IMG/VR virus record: IMGVR_UViG_3300042302_000394
Location: 124,001 to 188,000 of that record
Length of the DNA: 64,000 nt
Direction: 5' to 3' (one strand)
This document shows positions 37,466 to 48,765 of the stretch, one piece after another (position 1 is the stretch's first letter; every line of letters starts with the position of its first letter). The notes beneath the pieces are model-generated. The model was given only the letters and a program-made list of their open reading frames with translations, had not been told where the DNA came from and searched no databases. The position numbers were made by a program, and so were the translations under genes.

Positions 37466-37818
37466 TACTGAATTTCCTCATATGAGCACACTGCCTGTAG
37501 ACGAGAATTGACCCCAGCAGTCAATCTCAATGTATCACCTTCTTCTAGATAAATTGATTTATTAATTACATCTAGTGTTGCATCAGCAGGTACAACTACA
37601 GTTTTGGCAATGTGATATGCAACACTGCTTCTAAACACATCTACAGTGACGGATTCATTATTTGTACCATCCACATTACTAATGTATAATGCGCTGATTT
37701 TCAACACAGTGTTGCTGGCAGTGCTGTTGGTAACAATAGCAGTTGCGGCAGTTGTTATTGATTGAACTGCGGTTTTTGGTGTAATTGTTGTTAAACTTAA
37801 TAAATTTGGTGTTGCCAT
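37465..37818 (-). CDS. small adaptor-like virion protein
   Basis: MATPNL...CSYEEIQ; start moved to 37818. Confidence 0.7.
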   Translation of the reverse strand: MATPNLLSLTTITPKTAVQSITTAATAIVTNSTASNTVLKISALYISNVDGTNNESVTVDVFRSSVAYHIAKTVVVPADATLDVINKSIYLEEGDTLRLTAGVNSRLQAVCSYEEIQ

Positions 37819-37819
37819 G

Positions 37820-39799
37820 TTATCCTCCAAAACTAAACACTGTGCCTAGTCCATAAACTTGTGAAGCGGTTAAGCCGCCCCCGCTGCCTGTCCCTACACT
37901 TCCAGTAAATCCAAGAGTACCTGGATTACTGAACTCTACCCACTGAGTAGAATTGCCGTCATCTATATAAAAATATTGTATGCCCGTGTCAGTATCAATC
38001 CAAACATCACCTAATGATGGTGTGACTGGTGGCGTCGCAGATATTGTTGCTACTACTGCTCCTCGACTACCAGTGAATCCGACTCCTTGACTACCAGTGA
38101 ATCCAACTCCCTGACTACCAGTGAATCCTTGACTACCCACAAATCCATTAATACCTTGACTACCAGTGAATCCAACTCCCTGACTACCAGTGAATCCTTG
38201 ACTTCCGTCATATCCATTAATACCTTGACTACCAGTGAATCCAACTCCCTGACTACCAGTGAATCCTTGACTTCCCACAAATCCAACACTGCCAGTAAAT
38301 CCCTGACTACCGGTATAGCCAATATCCCCCTGCGGCCCAACAATGCTGCCAACTGCATTCCATGTTGAACCAGTCCAAACATTAAGATATCCATTGTCTG
38401 TTGTAATGTATCCGTCGCCTATATTGCCTGAATAAGGATCAGGTAACGCAGTGTAAGTAGAAGTAGACCCAACGATAGCCACAGAAGTTCCGTCATTTCC
38501 TTGACTACCAGTATATCCTTGACTACCAGTATATCCAATAACAGTGCTTGCCGAACCAGTGAATCCGACTCCTTGTGATCCAGTATAGCCAATATCTCCT
38601 TGACTACCTGTATAACCTTGACTGCCAGTAAATCCTTGACTTCCGGTATAGCCAATATCTCCTTGACTACCCACAAATCCAACACTGCCAGTAAATCCTT
38701 GACTCCCGGTATAGCCAATATCTCCTTGACTACCCACAAATCCAACACTGCCAGTAAATCCTTGACTTCCGGTATAGCCAATATCTCCTTGACTACCTGT
38801 ATAACCTTGACTACCAGTAAATCCTTGACTTCCGGTATAGCCAATATCTCCTTGACTACCTGTATAACCTTGACTACCAGTGAACCCCTGACTACCAGTA
38901 AATCCCTGACTACCAGTAAATCCCTGACTACCAGTATAGCCAATATCTCCCTGACTGCCAGTATAACCATCAGCGCCATCTGAGCCATTAGTACCGTCTG
39001 TACCCGGGTCTCCTTGGCTACCTGTATATCCCGTATCGCCTTGACTACCAGTATACCCTTGTGATCCGTCATAGCCTCTAGATCCAGTATATCCGTAGCC
39101 TACACTGATTCCATTTCTGAATATCTCTCCGGCAATTTGTAGATCCTTACCAATGCCCGCGCCACCGGCAACTACTAACGCACCAGTTTCTGTTGATACG
39201 GAGTTAGTATCATTGTCCACTGTGAATACATCATCAGTGACAATAGATGTTGTAGTAATTGTAGTCAGCTGTATTGTTAACTTTTCAGCAACAATCTCAC
39301 CACCTACATATAGGTTTCCGCCGATGCCCACTCCGCCTGCTACTACTAATGAGCCCGTAACAGTTGATGTTGACTGTGTTGCAGTTGTCAACACTATGCT
39401 GGCAGCAGTTATAGTAGAATTGGCATTTATTCCACTAGTGAATAACGTTCCATTCTGATATAGGTCACCGCCAAAGTATATATTGCCACCGACTCCTAGG
39501 CCGCCAGAAATAACCAATGCACCCGTTGTAGTGCTAGTAGATTCTGTGTCATTGACTATTGATAGGATACCGCTTACAGTTCCTGTAGTTATTGTAACAA
39601 AATCTAAAGTTAGATTAGTTAATGTTTGTGACCAATATCTTAAACCATCGATACTACCTAATAATACAGAATTGTCATCGTTGGGTAGACCCAAGTCAGG
39701 TTCCGCTTGACTTACATCTAAATATTCGTAGCGATCAACGGAGAGTTGCCCTCCGCTTAACTTTTTTATCTTACCGCTGAAGAGTCTGCTCTTACTCAT
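37820..39799 (-). CDS. collagen-like fibre protein
   Basis: Long Gly-X-Y tract of [12 protein letters not shown] triplets. Confidence 0.8.
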   Translation of the reverse strand: MSKSRLFSGKIKKLSGGQLSVDRYEYLDVSQAEPDLGLPNDDNSVLLGSIDGLRYWSQTLTNLTLDFVTITTGTVSGILSIVNDTESTSTTTGALVISGGLGVGGNIYFGGDLYQNGTLFTSGINANSTITAASIVLTTATQSTSTVTGSLVVAGGVGIGGNLYVGGEIVAEKLTIQLTTITTTSIVTDDVFTVDNDTNSVSTETGALVVAGGAGIGKDLQIAGEIFRNGISVGYGYTGSRGYDGSQGYTGSQGDTGYTGSQGDPGTDGTNGSDGADGYTGSQGDIGYTGSQGFTGSQGFTGSQGFTGSQGYTGSQGDIGYTGSQGFTGSQGYTGSQGDIGYTGSQGFTGSVGFVGSQGDIGYTGSQGFTGSVGFVGSQGDIGYTGSQGFTGSQGYTGSQGDIGYTGSQGVGFTGSASTVIGYTGSQGYTGSQGNDGTSVAIVGSTSTYTALPDPYSGNIGDGYITTDNGYLNVWTGSTWNAVGSIVGPQGDIGYTGSQGFTGSVGFVGSQGFTGSQGVGFTGSQGINGYDGSQGFTGSQGVGFTGSQGINGFVGSQGFTGSQGVGFTGSQGVGFTGSRGAVVATISATPPVTPSLGDVWIDTDTGIQYFYIDDGNSTQWVEFSNPGTLGFTGSVGTGSGGGLTASQVYGLGTVFSFGG

Positions 39800-40127
39800 T
39801 GCTTGTTTCTAGAATACTTAGAATTAAATTTACACTGTTATTGGCACCGGCGCTGGCAGTAACAGATGAACCTGTTTCGATTACCAATTTACCTGTAGTT
39901 ACTTCAGCCGCATCATTAACAGGGATTTCAAAATCTTTTAACATGACAAAATTTGTATCATTTTTAATCAAGGTAAATCTAACAGTAACTGGGTCATTAC
40001 CTATGTTGTTTGCCTGAGCGCCTAGTACGATGGTAGTAATATCAGCCGGCGTTTCATATATTGTCTGCGTCGATGTTGTTAACTCGAATGCCATAGTTTT
40101 AAACGAATTTAAGGGTAGCGTTGCCAT
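39792..40127 (-). CDS. small adaptor-like virion protein (third paralog)
   Basis: Similar size and pattern (IYETP, AQANN, IPVND, LVIETG). Confidence 0.6.
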   Translation of the reverse strand: MATLPLNSFKTMAFELTTSTQTIYETPADITTIVLGAQANNIGNDPVTVRFTLIKNDTNFVMLKDFEIPVNDAAEVTTGKLVIETGSSVTASAGANNSVNLILSILETSNE

Positions 40128-40130
40128 TTT

Positions 40131-42374
40131 TTAGGATCCTATTGCCAGTATATATGGCGTCATTACTGCGAACAGACTCTTGGTAAATGTTCTACCAGAT
40201 ATTGTTCCTATGCTGTTATTTATAACCAGGTCATTACCAATACGGAAATCTCCCTGCTGGTCTGTACCGGTATAGTAGACTTTCCCCCCATCTAATGCCA
40301 CTGCTTGATTATCACTGTTGGGTTCACCGCCTAGATAGGGCAAGGCCGAATTGATGTTTATACCTGCACCAATCCATTCAAAGTTGTGTGCCGAACTCTG
40401 TATTTGACTGTATTGATGGAATGATACCACAGTGTTGTCCGCAACAGCCGGACTAACTGACGACTGTAAGGTAACTGTGCTCGAGTAAGCGTTTTCTAAT
40501 ATGTTAGATACGATTGCTACTAATGCCTGTGCTCTTGCTGATTCAGTAGATGTTCCTGCTGTGGTACTAGTATTCTGCACTACACTAGACTGCAATGGAG
40601 TAACGGCTGTTGCTAATATACAATCATCTACAATTGTACTGATAAAATCATATGCTGCAATAGTAGCAGGTTTTTCTTCTAATGGTATTCTAAACACTGC
40701 TCCGTCGTAGTAGGAATCGGCAGCATCGGCAGTCTGACTATTGCCCCCGTATAATACATCGTAACTTACTGCATCTATAATATATCCTACATCTCTCTTG
40801 CAGGTGCCTGTATTGTAGACAAGAGAAGGATATTCATCAGCAATATAGGCTATAGTTTCTTCTGCAATGAATGCTCTATTAGACTGAAGTAAAGTAACTG
40901 CATTAACAGTAGAAGTACTTGCACCTGTTGGTGTATTATAAGCCAGTGCAGGCGCTGCCGATTCGCCATTCTCTAATATGTTTAATAATATATCAAACAG
41001 ATTAGATGTGCGTGTATAGGCAGTAGTTGCCGGAGTTAATAAAGCCAGTGTCTTGGTTTTTAAGAAACTGATAGCACTTAATGTTTCAGTTAATTGATCT
41101 TCTACGACTACTAAACTTGCTGCTCTATAATAACTCGTGCCTGCTTTCACAGTTTGATAGTTAGTGTTTAACACCATGTCGTATGCCACAGCATTTAAAA
41201 TGTCACCTACGTCTCTACTGCACTTGAATTGATTAAAATCAAATCCTGGAAATGTTTCAAGAACATGATTAATAGTCATCACCTGTAATTTTGGCTTTTC
41301 GTTGAGTATAACTTGTCTAGAATTTCTTAAACCTGCATCTTCTGCTGTTAATATAGGATAGACAATGTCTGTGTTGCCCGTTTTAAATGCAGTTGCACTG
41401 ACAATGGTATAGTATGTACTAGTACCGAAACTGATAGCATCTCCCACGGATGGTTTAATACTTAAATTATCAATAGTAATTGTTCTACCACTAGATGTGC
41501 TGACTACCTTGCCTGTGTATTTTGCGGGACTTACTCCTACTGCTTTTAATGCATAGTTACCGAAACTGCTGTTACTGTTGGTAATAGAACAGAATCCGCC
41601 TGTTTCACACAAAAATCCCACATCGCAGCAAATGGTAAACACTGACACTAAAGATGCATATCCACTGTTTAACATATGTATGCCGATGCCGCCCTGGTTA
41701 TACTGCGTGAACGCATCAACCATCATACTCTTTGTACCCAGTGCATGATCCCCGTCAACACGCATACCAGTACCGCTGCTGGTCATACTGGTGCAGTTTT
41801 GCACATATGGACTAGTAGATATAACACCTGCACTACCGTCCGGATCAAATGCCACTGCTGCGGAGGGGCTTACATGATCCTTAAATGTCATGTGTGCTAG
41901 GTAAGATCCATTGTTTACGTAGAATAAGTCGTTAGTGGGAGTTTGTGGACGAACTGTAACAGATCTTAAATTATCACCAATTACAGATACAAAATCTGGT
42001 ACTGTGATAGGATTTGCTTCAGTGTAGTCCCCGCTCTTGACAAAAACTGTAGTACCGCGAGTAGCAATAGCTAACGCTGCTTTGATAGTTCTTTTGCTTA
42101 AATTTAGTGCAGTTCCAGAATTTGCATCGTTGCCGCTTTCACTAACATACAGAACATTATCGACTGCAATGTTGCCCACGCTACCTGCATAACCTACACT
42201 ACCTGTATAGCCGCGAATCCCGCCGTAGTCTAAATCTAGCCAGTTGTCCTGGCCGTTACCTATTTTAAACAGATCAGTATCTGTTTCTATACCCATTTCG
42301 GCTACAGCTAGGGCAGGGTTAACGCTAGCCCATTCCGCTGCTGTCCCCCTTTTAAATTGAATCTGTATTGCCAT
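40131..42374 (-). CDS. fibre/spike protein with Mtd-like N-terminus and pectin-lyase-like fold
   Basis: MAIQIQFKRGTAAEWASVNPALAVAEMGIETDT; YVSESGNDANSG. Confidence 0.75.
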   Translation of the reverse strand: MAIQIQFKRGTAAEWASVNPALAVAEMGIETDTDLFKIGNGQDNWLDLDYGGIRGYTGSVGYAGSVGNIAVDNVLYVSESGNDANSGTALNLSKRTIKAALAIATRGTTVFVKSGDYTEANPITVPDFVSVIGDNLRSVTVRPQTPTNDLFYVNNGSYLAHMTFKDHVSPSAAVAFDPDGSAGVISTSPYVQNCTSMTSSGTGMRVDGDHALGTKSMMVDAFTQYNQGGIGIHMLNSGYASLVSVFTICCDVGFLCETGGFCSITNSNSSFGNYALKAVGVSPAKYTGKVVSTSSGRTITIDNLSIKPSVGDAISFGTSTYYTIVSATAFKTGNTDIVYPILTAEDAGLRNSRQVILNEKPKLQVMTINHVLETFPGFDFNQFKCSRDVGDILNAVAYDMVLNTNYQTVKAGTSYYRAASLVVVEDQLTETLSAISFLKTKTLALLTPATTAYTRTSNLFDILLNILENGESAAPALAYNTPTGASTSTVNAVTLLQSNRAFIAEETIAYIADEYPSLVYNTGTCKRDVGYIIDAVSYDVLYGGNSQTADAADSYYDGAVFRIPLEEKPATIAAYDFISTIVDDCILATAVTPLQSSVVQNTSTTAGTSTESARAQALVAIVSNILENAYSSTVTLQSSVSPAVADNTVVSFHQYSQIQSSAHNFEWIGAGININSALPYLGGEPNSDNQAVALDGGKVYYTGTDQQGDFRIGNDLVINNSIGTISGRTFTKSLFAVMTPYILAIGS

Positions 42375-42406
42375 TTTTATATATTCCAGTTGACAGGATA
42401 TTTATT

Positions 42407-45400
42407 CTAAACAATGTAGCCTGCATCTAAGGCAGTAATGCCCACATGATTTGAGTCCGGAGTCCCGCCATCGTAATTACCGGATGCGCCGCTGCCACCC
42501 GATATAGTAACTACGACGGCTCCTGTGCCACTTGACACAGCAGACACTCCGTCCCCTAAGAATGTGATACTTGTAACGGTGTTAGTTATAGTAGTTGTTT
42601 GATCGACAATTTTAATAGAAGATCCTGATCCGGCGCTACCAGTGTAACCAACAGCAGCATATTCACCCGGGATACCTTGGCTACCAGTGTATCCTAGATC
42701 GCCCTTACTTCCGGTAAATCCAGTTTCACCTTGACTACCGGTAAATCCAGATCCTTGACTGCCGGTGTATCCAATACTGCCAATAAATCCAACTGATCCC
42801 ACAAATCCAGTTTCACCTTGACTACCTGTGAATCCGGTTCCTTGACTGCCGGTGTATCCAACTGATCCCACAAATCCAGTTTCACCTTGACTACCTGTAA
42901 ATCCAGCTCCTTGGCTACCAGTAAATCCAATACTGCCAGTGTATCCAACTGATCCCACAAATCCAGATTCGCCTCGACTACCTGTAAATCCAACTCCTTG
43001 ACTACCTGTGTAACCTAAATCGCCGGCAATACCCTGACTACCAGTGAAACCTGTAATGCCTTGACTACCTGTAAATCCAATACTGCCTGTATAACCTTTA
43101 CTACCCGTAAAGCCCTTGCCGCCGGCAACAGGTGTAAACACAACAATTAAATTAAACGTTGCTGATGCTGTTTGTGGAACTGTGTCTTGCACTGTCACAG
43201 TAAAAGCAGCAGAATTCGTCAGTACAGTAGGAATACCAGTGATAAATCCTGTAGCAGTGTTGAAACTTAGACCTGCAGGAAGATTAGGACTGATAGAATA
43301 AGTAACTGCACCAAAGCCCCCGGACACGATCACTGGCTGAAATTCTGTTTCAGCGTTTAATTCTAAAGCAACATCGCTGTTTTGCGGTGCAGCAACTAAC
43401 GACGGAGGAACAGCATCATTTACTACTAAGTTAAAGTTAGCCGACGCAGTTATGCCCACACTGTCCAATGCAGTTACTGTATAAGTTGCTGAGGATTCAG
43501 TAGTAGGGGTTCCTGTAATTTGTCCGCTGGCGGTGTTAAATGTCAATCCGATAGGAAGCGAAGGACTAATGCTATATGTTTTAGATCCAGTGCCGCCTGT
43601 AGCAGTGACAGGGCTGACTGCTGTAATTTGAACATACTCTGTCAATACAATAGTTGGATTATTAACTACGGCAACTAACGGTTGTGCGATTACAGATAGA
43701 CTAAAAGTGTTACTGCTGGTTTGCGATAAACTATCAGTTACTGTAACAGTAAAATTAGTAGAAGTTAATAGTGCAACAGGTGTTCCTGTTATTCTTCCTG
43801 TGCTGCTGGCAAATTGTAAACCAGTTGGCAAACTCGGGCTGATAGAAAATACTAGTGTACCATCGCCGCCTGTGGCAGTAACTGGAATAACGGGTGTGAT
43901 CGTTTGACTTATAACTAGCTCAACTGACGCAGTACTCAACACAGTGTTAACTGGCGGAGGATCTATTACAGTTAACAAGAATGTGGAAGAATTTGAAGAC
44001 CCTACACTGTCAGACACAATAACAGTAAAAGATGTAGCTGTCAACAAAGAATTAGGTTTACCGCCAACGAGTCCAGTGTTGACATTTAATGTCATTGTTG
44101 CAGGTAATGAAGGGCTTATGCTGTAAACCAAAGGAGCAATACCTCCAGCGCCGTTCACTGGTTTAAATGCTGTTGTTTCTTTTGTTCTTGTTGCAGTAGT
44201 TGAAGCAATCACCGTTGTTGCAGTAACAGGTGGATTGTTCAACGTTAAATTAAATTGTTTACTACTGACTTGTGCAATAGAATCATTTGCCGTAATAGTA
44301 TAAGTTTGGTTAACTAATACTGTGGCAACACCGCTGATTCTACCGTTGCCACTGTTAAAACTTAATCCTGCGGGCAAACTTGGGCTAATAGCAAAACTTA
44401 TTGAACCAAAGCCGCCGGATGCGCTTACCGGGACTATGCTGATTGTGTCGGTTACTCTGTTAAATGTAGCAGACGATATAACCAAAGTGGTAGTTAATGG
44501 TGGCGGCTCATTTACTGTTATTTTAAATGTGTTGCTGGCTGTTTGACTTAAACTGTCTGTAACAGTAACTGTATAAGTTGTTTCTGTTGATACAACTGTA
44601 GGGGTTCCAGTGATCTGTCCAGTTGAAGTGCTAAATGCTAGCCCTGCAGACAAATTTGGTGCTACGCCGTAAGAATAAATTAAAGACCCGCCTGTAGCAG
44701 TCACTGGTGTAAATGCTGAAATTGGTACAGTTCTAATCAGTGTCGAACCTGCAACAGATTGTTGTGCTTGTAATGGAGGCGTTTCAACTGTTAAACTAAA
44801 ACTCTCGCTAGCAGACTGTGTAGCCTGATCTGAGACTGTTACAGTATGATTGGTAGCAGTACGGAAAATAGTAGCGGTGCCTGATACCTGTCCAGTTGCT
44901 GCGTTAAAATTTAAACCTGTAGGGAGTGCTGGATTAATTGCAAATGTCAGTGTACCAAATCCGCCAGTTGCAGTTATTGGAATAAAAGGAGTGTCTGCTA
45001 GATTTTGAACCAGTGTCTTAGTACCAATACTGGAAATTATCAATATAGGTGCAGGGTCTACTTTAAGACTAAATGTTTTGCTGCTAGTCTGTGGGGTACT
45101 ATTACTGTCAGTTACTGTAACAGTGTTGTTGGTGTTAGCACTTACAACTGTAGAAGATCCTGTTATTTGTCCAGTCGCAGTATTAAATGACAATCCTGAG
45201 GGCAAGCTAGGACTAATTGCAAATGTCAGTGTACCTTCGCCACCACTTGCAGTTACCGGTGTAAAGGGAGCACTAACTTGCGAATTCTGAATCAATGTTC
45301 TAGAAGAAATCGCCAGTGTCGTTGATAATACAGGTGGGCCAACTAGAATAGTAAACTGTTTTGATGTAGTTTGTGTTGCTTGATCCGTTATGGTAACTGT

Positions 45401-47029
45401 ATACTGCGTCTGAGTAGAAGTAACAGTAGGACGACCAGATATTTGACCAGTTGTAGTACTGAATGTTAATCCAGCAGGTAGTGCCGGACTAATTGCATAA
45501 GATAAAGTTAAATACCCACCGCTAGCAGATACTGGAGTAAATGCCGTAATGGTAGTATTTTTAATGAATGTACTAGTTGCAACTAGTAGTGTTGAATTAA
45601 GAGCAGGTAATGCTTCAACTGTTAAACTAAAAGTTTTGCTGCTAACTTGTGAAGGACTACTAGAGTCAGTAACTGATACAGTGTAAGTCGAAGCTGCAAT
45701 GGCTTCAGTGGCCGTGCCCGATACTACCCCAGTTGATGTGTTAAAACTTAACCCAGCAGGCAATGCTGGACTAATTGAAAATGCTAAAGGCGTTATACCA
45801 CCGCTAGCAGTTACTGGAGTAAATGCTGTGAACGCAATAGTTCTAATTAGAGTTCTACTAGAAACATTTTGTACAGTAATTAGCGCCGGAGGAAGTATTT
45901 CTAAACTAAAAGTCTTACTGCTAGTAGCACCAGAACTGTCGCTAACAGTAATAACAAAATTATTCTGTGCAAAAGATACAGATGGTGTTCCTGAAATAAA
46001 TCCTGTTGCAGTATTAAATGTTAGTCCTGCAGGTAATGCAGGATTGATAGAATATGTTAAAGTTCCAATTCCGCCTGTACCATTAACTGGTTTAAATGCG
46101 GTAATAGATAAATTTTGTGTAAGTGTTCTACTTGCCGTGTCTAGTGTAGAACCCAATTGGGTTGCTCCTGCGGCAACAGCTAATGTAAATGTTGCACTGC
46201 CTGTTTGACCGCTAGCATCTGTAAAAGTCATTACATATGAAGTAGATGGCGATGCTACTGTAGGAGTTCCGGCGATAACAATATCAAGATAGTTGTACCA
46301 GTAATTAACTGTGTCCGCTGCTGTTATCGATTTAACAGTAGCATCAGTGATACTAACAGTTGCACCTGTATTCCACGCAACCTGTCCTATCGGTGATGTT
46401 CCTCCGCTTAGACTAGGATTAGCATTATATCTAAGCGTGATTGTGGATACTGTAACAGCAGTACATTCCCATATTCCGTTGTAGCTGGTTTTAGTTTGTC
46501 CTCTTACTGCGTAAAAACTTCCAGCAACAGGAGTTTGTCCGTTAGAAGTATATTGATATGTTACAGACCACGAAGTTCCAGATCCTGATATAGTAGGAGC
46601 AGTGCCAGAGACATTTAGATCAACTCTAGTTTTTTTAATAGCAAGTCCAGCAGGCAGTGCAGGATTGATACTAACATTTAAAATTTCAGTTGGTATCGCA
46701 CTTCCGCCGTACACACTTACCGGATTAAAGGTGGCCAGTGTGCCTTGTGTAAAATTCAATGTAGGAACTAAGGTCGTTGCTACAATATTAGGCGGAGTAG
46801 GAGGTGAAGCTAGACCGGGAAATCTAGAACCTGTTACGCCCAGGTAAGGTTTTGTTAAATCGTAGTTGCCCAGTGTAATCTTACCAGCAGACAACCCAGT
46901 ACCTAATACGCCCGTTCTGGCAGCGCCGTTTTGGTTGATATAAGCGTCTTGAGCACCGAAGTAATTGTCACCTGCTACAGTAGCGGGTGCAGGTTGAGCT
47001 GTTGGATAGGGAAAGTAATAAATGGTCAC
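42407..47029 (-). CDS. large fibre with tandem putative-Ig (He_PIG-like) repeats and collagen segment
   Basis: About 95-aa repeats (ISPALPAGL.FNT.TG.ISGTP); GTG start 7 nt after TAAATA. Confidence 0.8.
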   Translation of the reverse strand: MTIYYFPYPTAQPAPATVAGDNYFGAQDAYINQNGAARTGVLGTGLSAGKITLGNYDLTKPYLGVTGSRFPGLASPPTPPNIVATTLVPTLNFTQGTLATFNPVSVYGGSAIPTEILNVSINPALPAGLAIKKTRVDLNVSGTAPTISGSGTSWSVTYQYTSNGQTPVAGSFYAVRGQTKTSYNGIWECTAVTVSTITLRYNANPSLSGGTSPIGQVAWNTGATVSITDATVKSITAADTVNYWYNYLDIVIAGTPTVASPSTSYVMTFTDASGQTGSATFTLAVAAGATQLGSTLDTASRTLTQNLSITAFKPVNGTGGIGTLTYSINPALPAGLTFNTATGFISGTPSVSFAQNNFVITVSDSSGATSSKTFSLEILPPALITVQNVSSRTLIRTIAFTAFTPVTASGGITPLAFSISPALPAGLSFNTSTGVVSGTATEAIAASTYTVSVTDSSSPSQVSSKTFSLTVEALPALNSTLLVATSTFIKNTTITAFTPVSASGGYLTLSYAISPALPAGLTFSTTTGQISGRPTVTSTQTQYTVTITDQATQTTSKQFTILVGPPVLSTTLAISSRTLIQNSQVSAPFTPVTASGGEGTLTFAISPSLPSGLSFNTATGQITGSSTVVSANTNNTVTVTDSNSTPQTSSKTFSLKVDPAPILIISSIGTKTLVQNLADTPFIPITATGGFGTLTFAINPALPTGLNFNAATGQVSGTATIFRTATNHTVTVSDQATQSASESFSLTVETPPLQAQQSVAGSTLIRTVPISAFTPVTATGGSLIYSYGVAPNLSAGLAFSTSTGQITGTPTVVSTETTYTVTVTDSLSQTASNTFKITVNEPPPLTTTLVISSATFNRVTDTISIVPVSASGGFGSISFAISPSLPAGLSFNSGNGRISGVATVLVNQTYTITANDSIAQVSSKQFNLTLNNPPVTATTVIASTTATRTKETTAFKPVNGAGGIAPLVYSISPSLPATMTLNVNTGLVGGKPNSLLTATSFTVIVSDSVGSSNSSTFLLTVIDPPPVNTVLSTASVELVISQTITPVIPVTATGGDGTLVFSISPSLPTGLQFASSTGRITGTPVALLTSTNFTVTVTDSLSQTSSNTFSLSVIAQPLVAVVNNPTIVLTEYVQITAVSPVTATGGTGSKTYSISPSLPIGLTFNTASGQITGTPTTESSATYTVTALDSVGITASANFNLVVNDAVPPSLVAAPQNSDVALELNAETEFQPVIVSGGFGAVTYSISPNLPAGLSFNTATGFITGIPTVLTNSAAFTVTVQDTVPQTASATFNLIVVFTPVAGGKGFTGSKGYTGSIGFTGSQGITGFTGSQGIAGDLGYTGSQGVGFTGSRGESGFVGSVGYTGSIGFTGSQGAGFTGSQGETGFVGSVGYTGSQGTGFTGSQGETGFVGSVGFIGSIGYTGSQGSGFTGSQGETGFTGSKGDLGYTGSQGIPGEYAAVGYTGSAGSGSSIKIVDQTTTITNTVTSITFLGDGVSAVSSGTGAVVVTISGGSGASGNYDGGTPDSNHVGITALDAGYIV

Positions 47030-47052
47030 AGTATTATATTTACCCTATTTTA

Positions 47053-48744
47053 TTATGCTCTCACTGTCAAGTCTAATATGTCAAAATATCCTAATCCAGT
47101 ATCGTAACAAATGAATATAGCAGCATTGACATCATCATAGTAATAGTCACCGGGTTTAAGATCGCTTAGGCTTAATCCGTTTGCAGCATCTGCATTGGTA
47201 TACATTCTAGGTGCAGCTGACAGTTGTCCCGAGCCATCTGGAAATACTAGGGTGTAACCCGATTGTATAGTAATAGAACCGATACCGTCTGAAACAAGAC
47301 CTTCTACGGCACTACCTGTATAGCCAATGTCCCCTTGACTACCTGTATAACCATCACGTCCTATTACACCGTCAACACCTGCACTACCTGTGAATCCAAT
47401 ACTACCTGTATAACCTAGATCACCGGCGCTGCCTACATCACCTTTTTCTCCTTGCGAACCTACATAACCTACGTTGCCTCTCGAACCTACATAGCCCACA
47501 TCGCCTTGTGAACCTACATAGCCCACATCGCCTTTTTCTCCCTGCGAACCTACATAACCTACGTTGCCTCTCGAACCTACATAGCCCACATCGCCTTGTG
47601 AACCAGTATATCCATCTATGCCTTGGCTACCAGTAAAACCAATACTTCCAGTATACCCTAACTCTCCCTGCGGTCCTACAATATTTCCAACATCTAACCA
47701 ATCATCACCGACCCAAATGTTTAAGTGGCCATTATCAGATGTAATGTATCCATCACCGATATTTCCTAGATAGGACCCGGGGAGAGTTGCGTAGGTAGAA
47801 GTACTACCTAAAATCTGTACACTAGTACCGTCAGTACCTCGACTACCCACATAGCCCACATTTCCCTGACTACCTGTAAATCCTAATTCTCCTTGTGAAC
47901 CCGAGTATCCAATGCTTCCAGTAAAACCTAGATCACCTTGACTACCTGTAAATCCTAATTCACCTTGTGATCCGGTAAAACCTTGTGATCCAGTATATCC
48001 ACGACTTCCAGTAAATCCTATATCGCCTTGACTACCAGTAAATCCAGTATCACCAACTGATCCATCAACACCGGCACTTCCAGTAAATCCTATATCGCCT
48101 TGACTACCAGTAAATCCAGTATCACCAACTGATCCATCAACACCGGCACTTCCAGTAAATCCAGTATTGCCTTGACTACCAGTAAATCCAGTATCACCAA
48201 CTGATCCATCAACACCGGCACTTCCAGTAAATCCAGTATTGCCTTGACTACCAGTAAATCCAGTATCACCAACTGATCCAGTATAACCTACATTCCCTTG
48301 ACTACCTGTAAAACCTTGACTGCCTGTGTAGCCCGTATATCCGAGATTTCCCTGAGATCCAGTGTACCCGGTATCTCCACGCGAGCCTGTATAGCCAATA
48401 TTACCCTGCGAACCTGTATAGCCTGTAGGGCCTTGTATTTTTCCTACATCAACCCAAACTGTCCCGTCCCATACCCATAAATTTCCAGTGGCTTCTTCAA
48501 TAAATCCATCACCGGAATCGCCTGCGTAACTAGTTTCCAATTGAGTACTATTAGATACGCTGCCTGTAATAGTAACGCCACTACCCGAACCATTAAATTG
48601 CAGTAATCTGCCGCCAGGGGTAACGCCGTCACCTATGCGTAGGTCCCCTAATGTCTCATCATACCAAATTGTGCCCTTGTCCCCTACCCAGTCGTAAGAA
48701 TTGACAGTTATTATTCTACCGGCTTGTATTTTATAGATTGGCAT
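47053..48744 (-). CDS. collagen-like fibre protein
   Basis: GFT/GYT-GSQ collagen tract. Confidence 0.8.
   Translation of the reverse strand: MPIYKIQAGRIITVNSYDWVGDKGTIWYDETLGDLRIGDGVTPGGRLLQFNGSGSGVTITGSVSNSTQLETSYAGDSGDGFIEEATGNLWVWDGTVWVDVGKIQGPTGYTGSQGNIGYTGSRGDTGYTGSQGNLGYTGYTGSQGFTGSQGNVGYTGSVGDTGFTGSQGNTGFTGSAGVDGSVGDTGFTGSQGNTGFTGSAGVDGSVGDTGFTGSQGDIGFTGSAGVDGSVGDTGFTGSQGDIGFTGSRGYTGSQGFTGSQGELGFTGSQGDLGFTGSIGYSGSQGELGFTGSQGNVGYVGSRGTDGTSVQILGSTSTYATLPGSYLGNIGDGYITSDNGHLNIWVGDDWLDVGNIVGPQGELGYTGSIGFTGSQGIDGYTGSQGDVGYVGSRGNVGYVGSQGEKGDVGYVGSQGDVGYVGSRGNVGYVGSQGEKGDVGSAGDLGYTGSIGFTGSAGVDGVIGRDGYTGSQGDIGYTGSAVEGLVSDGIGSITIQSGYTLVFPDGSGQLSAAPRMYTNADAANGLSLSDLKPGDYYYDDVNAAIFICYDTGLGYFDILDLTVRA
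48005..48279. repeat. 72-bp tandem repeat (about 3.8 copies) within collagen gene
   Basis: Unit starts at 48005, 48077, 48149, 48221; encodes [19 protein letters not shown](N/D)(T/I)GFT. Confidence 0.85.
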
Positions 48745-48765
48745 AACGATATTTATCGTATGCTG

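Noticed and set aside
36045-37831. Conserved FGG* C-terminal protein motif on two fibres
   Set aside because: GGA-GGA-TAA doubles as the SD of the downstream adaptor gene, which is sufficient explanation
34782-48632. Numerous alternative-frame and antisense ORFs over Gly-rich, collagen and Ig genes
   Set aside because: Shadow frames of low-complexity coding sequence
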